A stretch of 64,000 nt of DNA from Alphaproteobacteria bacterium (GTDB taxonomy: Bacteria; Pseudomonadota; Alphaproteobacteria; SP197), in contig OZ219917.1 in NCBI GenBank assembly GCA_964291415.2, positions 320,001-384,000 on the forward strand. The letters run 5' to 3'. The notes under the pieces were generated by a model. It was not told the origin of the DNA and did no database searches. It worked only from the letters and a program-made list of their open reading frames with translations. Shown here one piece after another: positions 23,011-32,418 of the stretch. Position numbers and translations under genes: made by a program. Numbering within the stretch: the first letter of the stretch is position 1; each line of letters begins with the position of its first letter.

Positions 23011-23070
23011 GTGTCGATGTGTTGTCATGTCATCGACACGTTGACGTGACATGTCGACGGGATCGACATG
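23011..23070. promoter_or_regulatory. Two related inverted repeats in a divergent promoter region
   Basis: GTGTCGATG-N11-CATCGACAC (23011-23039) and CATGTCGA-N5-TCGACATG (23050-23070); both share the TGTCGA half-site. Confidence 0.45.
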
Positions 23071-23180
23071 ACCTCATCCAAACTGCCGCCGGCTTCGGAA
23101 ATCGAGGCACACGCCCTATAATCATTTCTGGATGGGGCTTGATGCCTCGGGTTCCCCGTCAACCGGAAGGAGCACTGATC

Positions 23181-24071
23181 ATGGCTGAAGCACGCATCGA
23201 ACACGTGGCCGCGGGAACAACGACCGACAGCATTGTCGAGATCCTCGATCGGGACGGTTGCGTCATCATCGACAGGCTGATCAGCGAGGCGCGATGCGAT
23301 CGGATACTCGATGAACTGCATCCCTGGATGAGCAAGGTGCCGACCGGCGCCGGCGAGTGGCTGGGTTTCAGGACGAGACGCACTCACGGCCTTGTCGCCA
23401 AGTCACAGGCGGTTCGCGAGGAAATCTGCAATGCTGAGGTGCTCGCGATCCTCGACCGGATGCTGGGACCGTGGTGCGACAGCTATCAGCTGAGCTCGAG
23501 TTCGACGACGTCGATCGGACCTGGTGAATCGGCGCAGGAAGTTCACCGGGATGCCCTGATGTTTCCGTTCAAGCATCCAACGGAGCGCGTGGCCTACATG
23601 ACGGCCTTCTGGGCGCTGGCCGAGTTCACCAGGGAAAACGGTGCCACCCGCGTGGTTCCGGGAAGCCACCGCTGGGATGACGAGCGCGTCGCCCGGGAGG
23701 ACGAGTTTGCCCAGGCCGTGATGGACAAGGGATCGTGCCTTGTCTTCACCTACGCCGTTCACCACGGCGGCGGCGCCAACACGACGAAGGATGTCTGGCG
23801 CCACGCCCTGTTCCTCTCCTACGTGGTTGGCTGGCTGCGCCAGGAGGAGAACCAGTACCTGGTCAGTCCGGTCGAGGTGGCCCGGCACTACCCCGAACAG
23901 CTCCAGCGGCTCATCGGTTACCAGGTTCACCGGCCCTTCCTGGGCTGGTACGACCTGCAGGAACCGCTGAAGCTGCTGCAGGGCTACGAGGAAACGTCGG
24001 AAGCCAACGTCGATCTCTACGCCGCCGGCGAGGAGCACGGGGTCCTGAGCAAGAATGTGCGCAGGCTTTGA
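23181..24071 (+). CDS. Phytanoyl-CoA dioxygenase (PhyH) family 2OG-Fe(II) oxygenase
   Basis: IGPGESAQEVHRD (HxD), ENGATRVVPGSHRW, HHGGGAN, WLRQEENQY. RBS AAGGAG precedes ATG 23181. Confidence 0.9.
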   Translation: MAEARIEHVAAGTTTDSIVEILDRDGCVIIDRLISEARCDRILDELHPWMSKVPTGAGEWLGFRTRRTHGLVAKSQAVREEICNAEVLAILDRMLGPWCDSYQLSSSSTTSIGPGESAQEVHRDALMFPFKHPTERVAYMTAFWALAEFTRENGATRVVPGSHRWDDERVAREDEFAQAVMDKGSCLVFTYAVHHGGGANTTKDVWRHALFLSYVVGWLRQEENQYLVSPVEVARHYPEQLQRLIGYQVHRPFLGWYDLQEPLKLLQGYEETSEANVDLYAAGEEHGVLSKNVRRL

Positions 24072-24238
24072 CCCCTCGAGTAGCCGTACTTGACCGTTGC
24101 CGAGTATCGACGTGTCGCCTCCCCTGCGCGAGACCTGGTCACAGCCACCTCCGAAGGGTTTGCCGCAAAACAGTCGGGCCATGACGCGCGAGGGACCGGT
24201 CATCGGTCCGACCCGTTCGCCCCTGTGGTCGGAAACGA

Positions 24239-27200
24239 TCAGGCAGCGTCGAGGTTGACGACCGAAACGCCGTCGCCCAGCACCTGGCGGGCAAGGCCGA
24301 CGAGGTGGGCATGGTGCGTGAACACCAGTACCTGGCAGCTGCCGGCCAGCTGGTGGAGCGCTTCCAGGCCAGCGCCCGCGCGCTCGTCGTCGAAGTTGAC
24401 GAAGAGATCGTCGGCGACAAAGGGCAGGGCGGCATTTTCTTCCAGCCAGCCGTCAATCGCGGCAAGTCTCAACGCAAGCCACAACTGATCCACCGTGCCG
24501 TCGCTCATGCCCGTGACATCGACTTCACTGCCGTCGACCCGCGTCCCGGCCAGGACTGCCTGGTCCTTCTCGTCGTAGACGAGGCCAAGACCGCTGAAGG
24601 ACCCCAGAGTCAGGGTGGCAAAGAGACTTGAGGCTCTCTTCAACAGCGGCGCCTGCTGTTCGGCCCGGTAGCGGTCGACAGCCCACTGCAGGAGTCTCAA
24701 GCCCGTCTGGGCACGCACATAGCGTACCGAGAGGTCTTCCAGTTCCGCCAGAATCGCCTGGCGGTCCCAGGCGGCCGCAACCGCTGCATCCCCGCCGTCG
24801 ATGGATTCGAGGGTGGCCGCCGCCTGCCGTTCCGCAAGAGCCGCCCTGTCGATCGGGTCATCGAGCTCCCTCAGCCTGTCGGACATGGAGTCGATTTCGG
24901 CCCCCAGCCGATCGGGATCCACGTCCCGGGCCTCCTCCTCCAGCTCTCGTTCGGAACGCCCTCCGCCGTTCTTCGCCAGGGATTCGGTGAGCGTGTCCAC
25001 TTCGCGTGCGAGACGTGCCGCTTCACCCGATCGCGCGATTTCGCGACGCAGTTCACCGACGGTTTCAACGCCGGCGCGGGCGATGAGATCACGGATCGTG
25101 ATGTCTGCCCCGCGTCTGGCATGGCGAATATCCTCGAGTTCCCGTTCCCTTTGGGCCAACGAGTCCTTCATGCGTTCGAGCCGGTCCTGCTTCGCCACTT
25201 CATCCGACAGCTGCCTGGCAAGATCCCTGACGACCGTGTCGGCATCCCTGTTTCCCGTTTCCTCGGCCACCGCTTTCGCAAGACTACCGACACGGGTCGC
25301 GAAGGCCTCGAGATCACGCTCGATCTTGCCGATCCGTCTTTCTCTCAGTTCCGCCGCGCGGTCCATGTCGCCGCGAATCTCCTCGATAATGCGCAGCCTT
25401 TCGCCGGCCTGGTCAGGCGACTCAAGGACGTCGAATCCCTCGGCAGCGGTGCGCCAGGTCTCACGCAGGGACACGATGTCGGCTTCCTTCCTGGCCAGGG
25501 CCGAAGCCTTCTCCCGTTCCTCGTGCCGGGCCTCGTCCAGTTCGCGTGCAAGGTCGGCGCGCTTGCGGTTCCTGTCGTTCAGCGTATCGCAATGGCTGGC
25601 GACGAGTGACCGGACAACACTGAATGGTCTCGCGCTCAGACCCTCTGTCTCCATGCCGAGAACAGCCGCTTCTGCAATGAGAAGGTCCTGTGCCTTGCGT
25701 TCTTCCGCGGTGCAGGCCGCGAGGGCCCGCGCAGCTCTTCTCTCCTCTTCGTGCGCCTGCAGCGCGGCCTGGCGATCAATCAGCCACTTCACCATGGCAT
25801 CGGGGTCGAGCGGATCGCCGGGAAGGTCTCGCAGGAGATCATTCCACGTCTCGTGGAGGGCACACACCCGGCGGTCATGCTCGTCGCGTTCCGCGCTGAG
25901 CGTGGCGCGCCTGGCCTCCAGGCGACCCACGGCATCGGCGATCTCCTCGAGGCGGGCCACCGTCCGGGCGGCGGAGAACCGCCTGTCTGCCGCCTCGTCG
26001 GCCTGGTGAATCGCCTCCGCGAGGTCATCGACAGGATCGCTTCCGGCGCTCGCCTGCCCACCGGCGAGGCAGGTGCGGACGGTGTCGAGATGTTGATCGC
26101 GGGCCTGCCGCAGTGCTTCGATCTCCTCGGCAGTGACAATCTCGCCGGTGACGACAAGGGCCTTGCGCTGTGCTTCATGGCTTGCGAGTTCGCGTTCGAC
26201 GGATGCAAGGTCTTCGCGACAGGCATCCCGACGGTCAACGGCCTGTCTGAGGCTGTCCCGCAACTCCTGCACACGTTCCAGCGGCGGTACCCAGAGACCG
26301 GCCAGACGATCGACATCGCCAGCCAGCGGCAGCAAGGGCCGGACCAGAGTTTCGCTGCGGGAGGCGAGATCACGGTGCTCGCGCTCCGCTGCCTTGCGGG
26401 CGGTTTCCGGATCAGCACTCCCGTCCATTGCCTGCAGGGCAACCTGCAGTGGTCCGACTTTCGATTCCGGCCCCATTTCCTGAAGCCGTTCGCCCAGAAT
26501 CCTGGCGCGTTCACCTGTATCGCTTGCCTGCTGGCGCGCCAGATCGCGGACGTGCCCCAGACGAATCCATTCGTCGCCGAGTTCGCGCAGCCGCGTCACG
26601 AGATGCGGCGCCGGCATGCGCCACGCCTGCGGTTCTTCCAGTCCGAGGTCCTGAGCCCGAACCTGCAGGCGTTGTTCCACATCTGCAAGTTCGCGGCGTC
26701 GCTTGGGAAGGTCCTCCCTTTCCGGTTGCAGCTGGATGCGCCGCTGGTCGAGATCCGTGATCTCCCTTGCGTTCTCCAGCAGCGCGCCATTGATTGCGAT
26801 GGACACCGCCTCTTCGTTTTCCCGGGCGATCTGGTTCTCGAGTTGCTCGATCTTCGCATCGTGCAACGACACGGCGCGCTCGGCCCCGTCCAGAACCTCC
26901 AGGACATCGTCAGCAAACGGCTGGACGTCGCCAAGCACGGCCAGGGTGGCGAGCAGTTCCTTCTTGCGTACGAGATCAGGATAGACCAGCCGGATGCGGT
27001 TCAGGCGCTGGCTCGCCTGGCGCAGATCCGCACGCTGGCGCCGCAAGTCCTCGAGGGTCGTTCGGGCCTCGTGCGCCTCTTCCCGGGCCCGCTTCCAGTC
27101 ATCACCGGTTACCGTGGCCTCACCCAGCGCGGCGGTGGCGTCGTTGAGCCGGTCGACAAGCTGGTAGAACGGCTTGCCCGCCGTTTTCCTCGGCGTGAAG

Positions 27201-27712
27201 AGTGTTGCGGCCTCTTCCTTCATGGCGCGTATGTGGAGAGCGATCTCCTCGGTACCGGTGGCGGCTCCGAAGATCATGGCTGCGGTCTCGCTGTGCGGAT
27301 CGGAGAGCTCCTGCCCGCTCTTCCTCAAGCGTTCGTGCGAAAGGCTGAACATGCGCTCGAGAAAGTTCCGGTCAGCGCCACCCAGAAAGAACAGCAGGGC
27401 ATCGGGCGCAAGCGCCTGGCCACAGGCGTCGAGAAGCGTGTTCGACTTCCCCTTGCGGCGGCGGAATTCGAGGCAGCGGTCTTCGTGTTCGATGAGGGCT
27501 CCCACCATCATGTCGCGGTATCCGTGCTGGAAGCCGAAGGCCGAGCGCTGGGGAATGCCGAAAAGCGCATCTTCCAGGGCGTTGCGCGACGTCGATTTAC
27601 CGGCCTCGTTGGTGCCAACGATGATGTGGAAGTCATGGCCGCCTTCGGGAAACTCCAGCGACCGGTTGCTGAAATGCCCGTAGCTGAGGAGGTCGAGGCG
27701 GCAGACCCTCAC
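24239..27712 (-). CDS. YhaN-like SMC/Rad50-type coiled-coil ATPase (AAA_27)
   Basis: LDLLSYGHF, GTNEAGKST, LFGIP, a long coiled coil, signature MSDGTVDQLWLALRLA, Walker B PFVADDLFVNFDD, VFTHH. Confidence 0.9.
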   Translation of the reverse strand: MRVCRLDLLSYGHFSNRSLEFPEGGHDFHIIVGTNEAGKSTSRNALEDALFGIPQRSAFGFQHGYRDMMVGALIEHEDRCLEFRRRKGKSNTLLDACGQALAPDALLFFLGGADRNFLERMFSLSHERLRKSGQELSDPHSETAAMIFGAATGTEEIALHIRAMKEEAATLFTPRKTAGKPFYQLVDRLNDATAALGEATVTGDDWKRAREEAHEARTTLEDLRRQRADLRQASQRLNRIRLVYPDLVRKKELLATLAVLGDVQPFADDVLEVLDGAERAVSLHDAKIEQLENQIARENEEAVSIAINGALLENAREITDLDQRRIQLQPEREDLPKRRRELADVEQRLQVRAQDLGLEEPQAWRMPAPHLVTRLRELGDEWIRLGHVRDLARQQASDTGERARILGERLQEMGPESKVGPLQVALQAMDGSADPETARKAAEREHRDLASRSETLVRPLLPLAGDVDRLAGLWVPPLERVQELRDSLRQAVDRRDACREDLASVERELASHEAQRKALVVTGEIVTAEEIEALRQARDQHLDTVRTCLAGGQASAGSDPVDDLAEAIHQADEAADRRFSAARTVARLEEIADAVGRLEARRATLSAERDEHDRRVCALHETWNDLLRDLPGDPLDPDAMVKWLIDRQAALQAHEEERRAARALAACTAEERKAQDLLIAEAAVLGMETEGLSARPFSVVRSLVASHCDTLNDRNRKRADLARELDEARHEEREKASALARKEADIVSLRETWRTAAEGFDVLESPDQAGERLRIIEEIRGDMDRAAELRERRIGKIERDLEAFATRVGSLAKAVAEETGNRDADTVVRDLARQLSDEVAKQDRLERMKDSLAQRERELEDIRHARRGADITIRDLIARAGVETVGELRREIARSGEAARLAREVDTLTESLAKNGGGRSERELEEEARDVDPDRLGAEIDSMSDRLRELDDPIDRAALAERQAAATLESIDGGDAAVAAAWDRQAILAELEDLSVRYVRAQTGLRLLQWAVDRYRAEQQAPLLKRASSLFATLTLGSFSGLGLVYDEKDQAVLAGTRVDGSEVDVTGMSDGTVDQLWLALRLAAIDGWLEENAALPFVADDLFVNFDDERAGAGLEALHQLAGSCQVLVFTHHAHLVGLARQVLGDGVSVVNLDAA

Positions 27713-27714
27713 GA

Positions 27715-28968
27715 TCAGCCTCCGAGCAGACGTGACAGGACGCCGGCTCGTTCCTGTTCGAGAAGCGTGCGGGCGTCCTGGTCCCGCGCCAGCCTGAGAA
27801 GATCCGTGTCGGGACTGGAGGCGATCTCCCGGGGCAGTCTCGCCAGCAGTTTCGCGATGTCGCTCCTGAGCGCTTCCACGAGATCCGGATCATCGGCCGC
27901 GCCTGCCATCAGGTCGGCAATGTCCGCGATACTGCCATCGGTGCCGGTCTCTGCCGCCATGCTGGTGGAGACGACAACGCGTTCGATCCAGGCCCTTTCC
28001 TCTCCAAGGCCCAGGGCCATGGCGCGTGCCTCGTCGAGAAGCTGGTGTTCCCTGAGGACGAGCGTTCCGTGAAGTCCGGTCGCGCCCGTGAACTCGACCC
28101 TGCAGGCCATGAGACGGCCGTCGGCATCCCGGTCCACCGCGTCCTCGATGGCCCGGGCCATCCGGAGCAGAACGTCGTCCCAATCGTCAAGGCCGTCAGC
28201 GTCCACGGTCACGTGGGCCCAGCGCACGACATCGACGGGAACCGGAAGCGTCTCGACACCGTTGTCGGTGACCGTCACGCGCATGTACCCCCGGGGGCCG
28301 GTTTCGCGGATGTGGCGACCCTGGATGTTTCCGGAGAACACCACCCAGGGATCCCGGTGCAGAACCTCCTGGCGATGGACATGGCCCAGGGCCCAGTAGT
28401 CGTAACCCCGCGCCACGAGATCGGCGAGCGTGCAGGGGGCGTAGTCGGCATGGCCGCCCATGCCGCCCAGACCGGTATGGAGCACGCCGACGTTGAACGC
28501 ATCCGCCACCGGACCGGGATAGGAAGGGACGAGGTTCTCCGTGACATCGGGTGTCGCGTAGCTGCGGCCATGGACCGCCGCTCCCGTCGCCTCATGGATG
28601 AAGGTGCCGGCACCGGACGCACCGAACACGTGGACGTTGGAAGGAAGGGTCAGCTGCCTGGTAATCCTGCTCTCGGCGTCGTGGTTGCCGTAGACCAGGT
28701 AGACGTCGATACCCGCCTCGTTGAGCCGACCCATCTGGCGAATGAAGAAGAAGCCGGTGTTGCAGTCCCGCCAGGTGCCGTCATAGAGGTCGCCAGCGAT
28801 GACGACGAAGGCGACGCTCTCGTCGATCGCGTGATCCACGAGAATCTCGAATGCCCGGCGGCAGGCAGAACGGATGAGGCGGGGTGCGTGACCTTCCTGG
28901 GCCGCCAGCCCTCTCAACGGGCTGTCAAGATGGATATCGGCGCAGTGGATGAAGGAAAATGATGTCAT
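27715..28968 (-). CDS. YhaO/SbcD/Mre11-like metallophosphoesterase (DNA repair exonuclease)
   Basis: HCADIHLDSPL, AGDLYD, GNHDAES, VLHT, YWALGHVH, SGNIQGRHIRE. Confidence 0.92.
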   Translation of the reverse strand: MTSFSFIHCADIHLDSPLRGLAAQEGHAPRLIRSACRRAFEILVDHAIDESVAFVVIAGDLYDGTWRDCNTGFFFIRQMGRLNEAGIDVYLVYGNHDAESRITRQLTLPSNVHVFGASGAGTFIHEATGAAVHGRSYATPDVTENLVPSYPGPVADAFNVGVLHTGLGGMGGHADYAPCTLADLVARGYDYWALGHVHRQEVLHRDPWVVFSGNIQGRHIRETGPRGYMRVTVTDNGVETLPVPVDVVRWAHVTVDADGLDDWDDVLLRMARAIEDAVDRDADGRLMACRVEFTGATGLHGTLVLREHQLLDEARAMALGLGEERAWIERVVVSTSMAAETGTDGSIADIADLMAGAADDPDLVEALRSDIAKLLARLPREIASSPDTDLLRLARDQDARTLLEQERAGVLSRLLGG

Positions 28969-29045
28969 GCCCGCCGGTGCGGTACCGCAGGCCGCCGGAT
29001 CTTGTCAAACCCGGTTGCGGACGAATGCGAGTAACGGCCTAGACC

Positions 29046-30366
29046 CAATACTGTTGCCTGATGGGCACATTTCGGGGATCCATTGGTGGACCGTGCGGGA
29101 CAGGGTTCCGCGTGCAGTTGCTCATCTTGCGCTTGACGCCCCGGGGCTTGACCTGTCCGCGGCTGGACACGGCCCGTTCCTCGAGGATGCATTCATGGCT
29201 TGTCGTCGCCTGTGGGGGAAAAAGCACCGGGGTGGACGATGCGGCGGCGGACGACGTTGACCGTGGAGGAAGGATAATCGGTCCGGGTCGGCTCCGGCGC
29301 TGGCCGCTCGTGGATCACGGCGTAGTGCATCAACCCCTCGAGCTCCTGAAGGGAGGGCCGGGGTCTTGCTGCGAGAGCCCCGGGGCCGAGCATGTGGGTC
29401 TTGATCTCGTCATAGGCGATCTGATCTCCCAGCGCTGAGAGCGCGGCGAGCTCGGCCGCCGGCGCAGCCTCGGGATCGAGCAGCGTGGTGATGAGGGTGA
29501 AGACCATCGCTCGGGCAGCCGGTAGCTCAACACCCGCACCGTGCTTTGGCCGCGGCTGCGCCTGCGGTGGCCGCTGCACGGTCCAGGATCCGTCGGCGAA
29601 CCTGTCGTGCACCGGAAAGGCCATGTTCGACTTGACCCGCCAGAGCAGCTCGGCGCCCCGGGCCCGGGCCCGCGACCACAGCGGAAAGCCGCTATAGTAG
29701 CTCCGCAAGGCATGCCGGGCGCGAGGTGGGGCACCAGCCGCTCGGCCTGCTTCATCTCCGACTCCGACAACGGACCGCCGCACCAGGCCAGAGGCGCTCG
29801 GGTGCCGATCGCTGAGAACCGACAGCCGCAGCTTCGGAAAGCCCGCGCTGCCGCGACCGGAGCCGGGCAGGCCAAACGAACGGCGGTTCTCCTCCTCGTC
29901 GGGAACCGCCAGCGTCGAACCGTCGATCGCCACCAGGCGATGGCCGGTACCACGCCCCCGCCGTCGACGGCACGGCAAGCGGCTTCACGCAGGACTCCCG
30001 CAACGCCGCAAACGGGGTCGAGCCCAGACGGCTGCGCGCCCGCGAGATCGACGACTTGCCCGACACACGCACCACATCCGGCGACACCCAGGCAATCCCT
30101 CCATCAGGCAGCGCAGCACCTCGCGCGTCGACGCGCCATCGCAATCACGTAGTACATCATCACGTCCGCCGGAAGCGCCCGCCGGCGCACACTCACACGA
30201 CCGGTCCGGCCAAGCGCATCCCGCACCGCCTCGCGCGGAAAGACACGCGCAATCACCCCGACGCTCAGGTAGTTGCAACCCACCAGGCAGCGAGGCCGGC
30301 GTTCGGGACATCCCGAGTCAAGCCCACGTAACATACTACCACATTGTGCTTAAAGCAACAGTATTG
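29046..30366 (-). mobile_element. IS4-family insertion sequence (1321 bp) with terminal inverted repeats and a 10-bp target duplication
   Basis: Ends CAATACTGTTGC (29046) and GCAACAGTATTG (to 30366), flanked on both sides by GGCCTAGACC (29036-29045 and 30367-30376). Confidence 0.9.
29193..30311 (-). pseudogene. IS4-family transposase, multiply frameshifted
   Basis: Fragments in different frames: YLSVGVIARVFP...RRRALPADVMMYYVIAM, STREVLRCLMEG, SGKSSISRARSRLG, LVAIDGSTLAVPD, FPKLR, LITTLLDPEAAPAAELAAL, RWEI..YDEIKTH. Confidence 0.85.
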
Positions 30367-30465
30367 GGCCTAGACCCGTGATCCTGTCCGCGGGGCATGG
30401 CGGCACGGCCAAATGGGCGTGTCCTGGTCATGATTCCAGATCATTGCACGAGAGGGAGACCGATC

Positions 30466-30711
30466 TTGCGTGTCGTGAGCGTTCATCAGGCCAAAACCAG
30501 TCTGACACGGTTGTTGGCGCACGTGGAGGCTGGCGAGGACGTCTTCATTGCCAGGCGAGGCGAGCCGGTCGCTCGCCTCGTTCCCTACGATGCTGTTGGC
30601 CGACGGTCATTTGGTGCCATGAAGGACGGCATGGTCGTTGATGACTGTTTCCATGATCCGTTGCCGGAGGAAGAGTTGAAAGCATGGGAAGGCGGCTTGA
30701 CCGAAGAATGA
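30466..30711 (+). CDS. Phd/YefM family type II antitoxin (orphan)
   Basis: SVHQAKTSLTRLLAHVEAGEDVFIARRGEPVARLVP, and the VapB-type tail DPLPEEELKAWEG. TTG start after GAGGGAG. Confidence 0.85.
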   Translation: MRVVSVHQAKTSLTRLLAHVEAGEDVFIARRGEPVARLVPYDAVGRRSFGAMKDGMVVDDCFHDPLPEEELKAWEGGLTEE

Positions 30712-30895
30712 GCCCCTTGCTTGCAGTTGCCCTTGCGGCCGGGCTGTCCGCCGACTGAATGTCTTGAGAGCGTGTTCCGCCATCTCGGTGAAGAAGTCGC
30801 GCAGCAACCATCGGAGTACCAGGCACGCAACGCGTCGGATATGCCGGATCATCACGTGGCATGGAGAATTCTGGTTCATGCACCTCTGGCGGAAT

Positions 30896-31327
30896 CTAGA
30901 CCCCGGGATCGGTCAGCTGGCGCAGGCGGCGTGCCGCCTGGATGGCGAAGGCGAGGGTCTGGGCCTTGCGGCGTGCCGCGTTGATTGGTGATTCGGCTGC
31001 CTGGCGCACGATTGCGGCGCCGTAGCGGTCGGCGATGATGAGGCCGTGCTCTTGCGGCAGGATGTCGGCCGGAAAATCCTCGGGCACGCCGAAATAGTAG
31101 AAGTCGCAGTAGTCGAGGTAGTCGGGCCACTTGGCATCGGACTGAAAGTCGGCGACGGAGGACTTGACCTCGACGATGGTGAAACGGCCCTTGCCGTCGA
31201 GTGCCAGGACGTCGGCCCGCCGGCCGTTCCTGACCGTGAACTCCGTCACGCTCGCCTGGTTCATGGTGGCGAACATGCGGCCTATGCCGCGGGCAAGATC
31301 CAGGGCGCGTTGCCGGCTATCGGTCAC
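30896..31327 (-). CDS. mmcB: MmcB family DNA repair protein (PD-(D/E)XK endonuclease)
   Basis: ARGIGR, GRRADVLAL, IVEVKSSVADFQSDAKWPDYLDYCD, GLIIADRYGA, AARRKA. Confidence 0.92.
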   Translation of the reverse strand: MTDSRQRALDLARGIGRMFATMNQASVTEFTVRNGRRADVLALDGKGRFTIVEVKSSVADFQSDAKWPDYLDYCDFYYFGVPEDFPADILPQEHGLIIADRYGAAIVRQAAESPINAARRKAQTLAFAIQAARRLRQLTDPGV

Positions 31328-32340
31328 GGATCATCCCGCTTGCCGCTGACACCCGCCTCGTCGAAGGTGGCCATGCCGTCATGGAGCGCGACGGCCGCCC
31401 TGACGACGAGAGCCGCGCAGGCAGCGCCCGACCCCTCGCCGAGACGCATGCCGAGATCGAGCAGCGGCCTCTTTCCAAGGTGGTCGAGAAACCGTCCTGC
31501 CGCGGGCTCGGCGCTGACATGTCCGGCGATGCAGTGATCGAGAGCCCGGGCGTCGAAACAATGGAGCACGCTGGCCGCCGCACAGTTGACGAAGCCATCG
31601 AGAATGACCGGTGTCCTGTTCAGCCGGCAGGCAAGAATGGCGCCCGCCATGGCGGCTATCTCCCGTCCGCCCAGCGACGCAAGCGTCTCGAGGGAGTCCG
31701 CCGGCTGCCGCCAATGGCGTTCCAGCGCCCTGTCGATCACGGCGGCCTTGCGGTTCACGCCCTCCTGGTCGAGACCGGTTCCAGGACCCGCCCAGTCGGC
31801 GCCGTCGCCACCGAAGAGAGCGGCGCCAAGGGCCGCAGCCACGGTCGTGTTGCCGATCCCCATGTCACCGATCACCGCGATATCCGCCCTTCGCACCGTT
31901 TCGAAACCCTTCCTGAAGGCATCGCATGTCTCGGCTGCAGTCATCGCCGGTTCCCGCGAGATGTCTCCGGTGGGCCGCTCGAGTGACAACGGCACCACCT
32001 CGAGACGGGCATCGAGCAACCGGGCCAGCTGGTTGATGCCTGCGCCCCCGGCGGCGAAGTTGGCGACCATCTGCTCCGTGACGTCGGCGGGAAAGGCTGA
32101 CACGCCCTGTGCCGCCACGCCGTGATTGCCGGCAAACACCATGCAGAAGACGTCGCTCGCCCGCGGCGGATGACGGCCCTGCCAGGACGCCATCCAGACA
32201 GCCAGTTCCTCCAGCCTGCCGAGTGATCCGGGCGGCTTTGTCAGCCTGTCATTGCGTGCAGCCGTTGCGGCCGCAGCGTCTGCGTCAGGGAGCGGGAGAT
32301 TCCGCATGAGGTTCCTGATATCGGCAAGGGAGGAGATCAT
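31324..32340 (-). CDS. cobT: Nicotinate-nucleotide--dimethylbenzimidazole phosphoribosyltransferase
   Basis: LTKPPGSLGRLEE, FAGNHGV, GDMGIGNTT, LGGREIAA, LGMRLGEGSGA, GMATFDEAGV. Confidence 0.95.
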   Translation of the reverse strand: MISSLADIRNLMRNLPLPDADAAAATAARNDRLTKPPGSLGRLEELAVWMASWQGRHPPRASDVFCMVFAGNHGVAAQGVSAFPADVTEQMVANFAAGGAGINQLARLLDARLEVVPLSLERPTGDISREPAMTAAETCDAFRKGFETVRRADIAVIGDMGIGNTTVAAALGAALFGGDGADWAGPGTGLDQEGVNRKAAVIDRALERHWRQPADSLETLASLGGREIAAMAGAILACRLNRTPVILDGFVNCAAASVLHCFDARALDHCIAGHVSAEPAAGRFLDHLGKRPLLDLGMRLGEGSGAACAALVVRAAVALHDGMATFDEAGVSGKRDDP

Positions 32341-32418
32341 GGGGGATCCGGAAATCGTCGGCTGCTCGCATCCTTCTTACCCTTGACCTCACCCGCCAAC
32401 AATCGGATAAGCACCGCC

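Noticed and set aside
30607-30879. 90-aa minus-strand ORF downstream of mmcB as a possible toxin
   Set aside because: It overlaps the antitoxin on the opposite strand and has no toxin motif; it cannot be supported.
32341-32418. Cobalamin riboswitch between cobT and cobS
   Set aside because: The gap is under 80 bp and no B12-box is visible.
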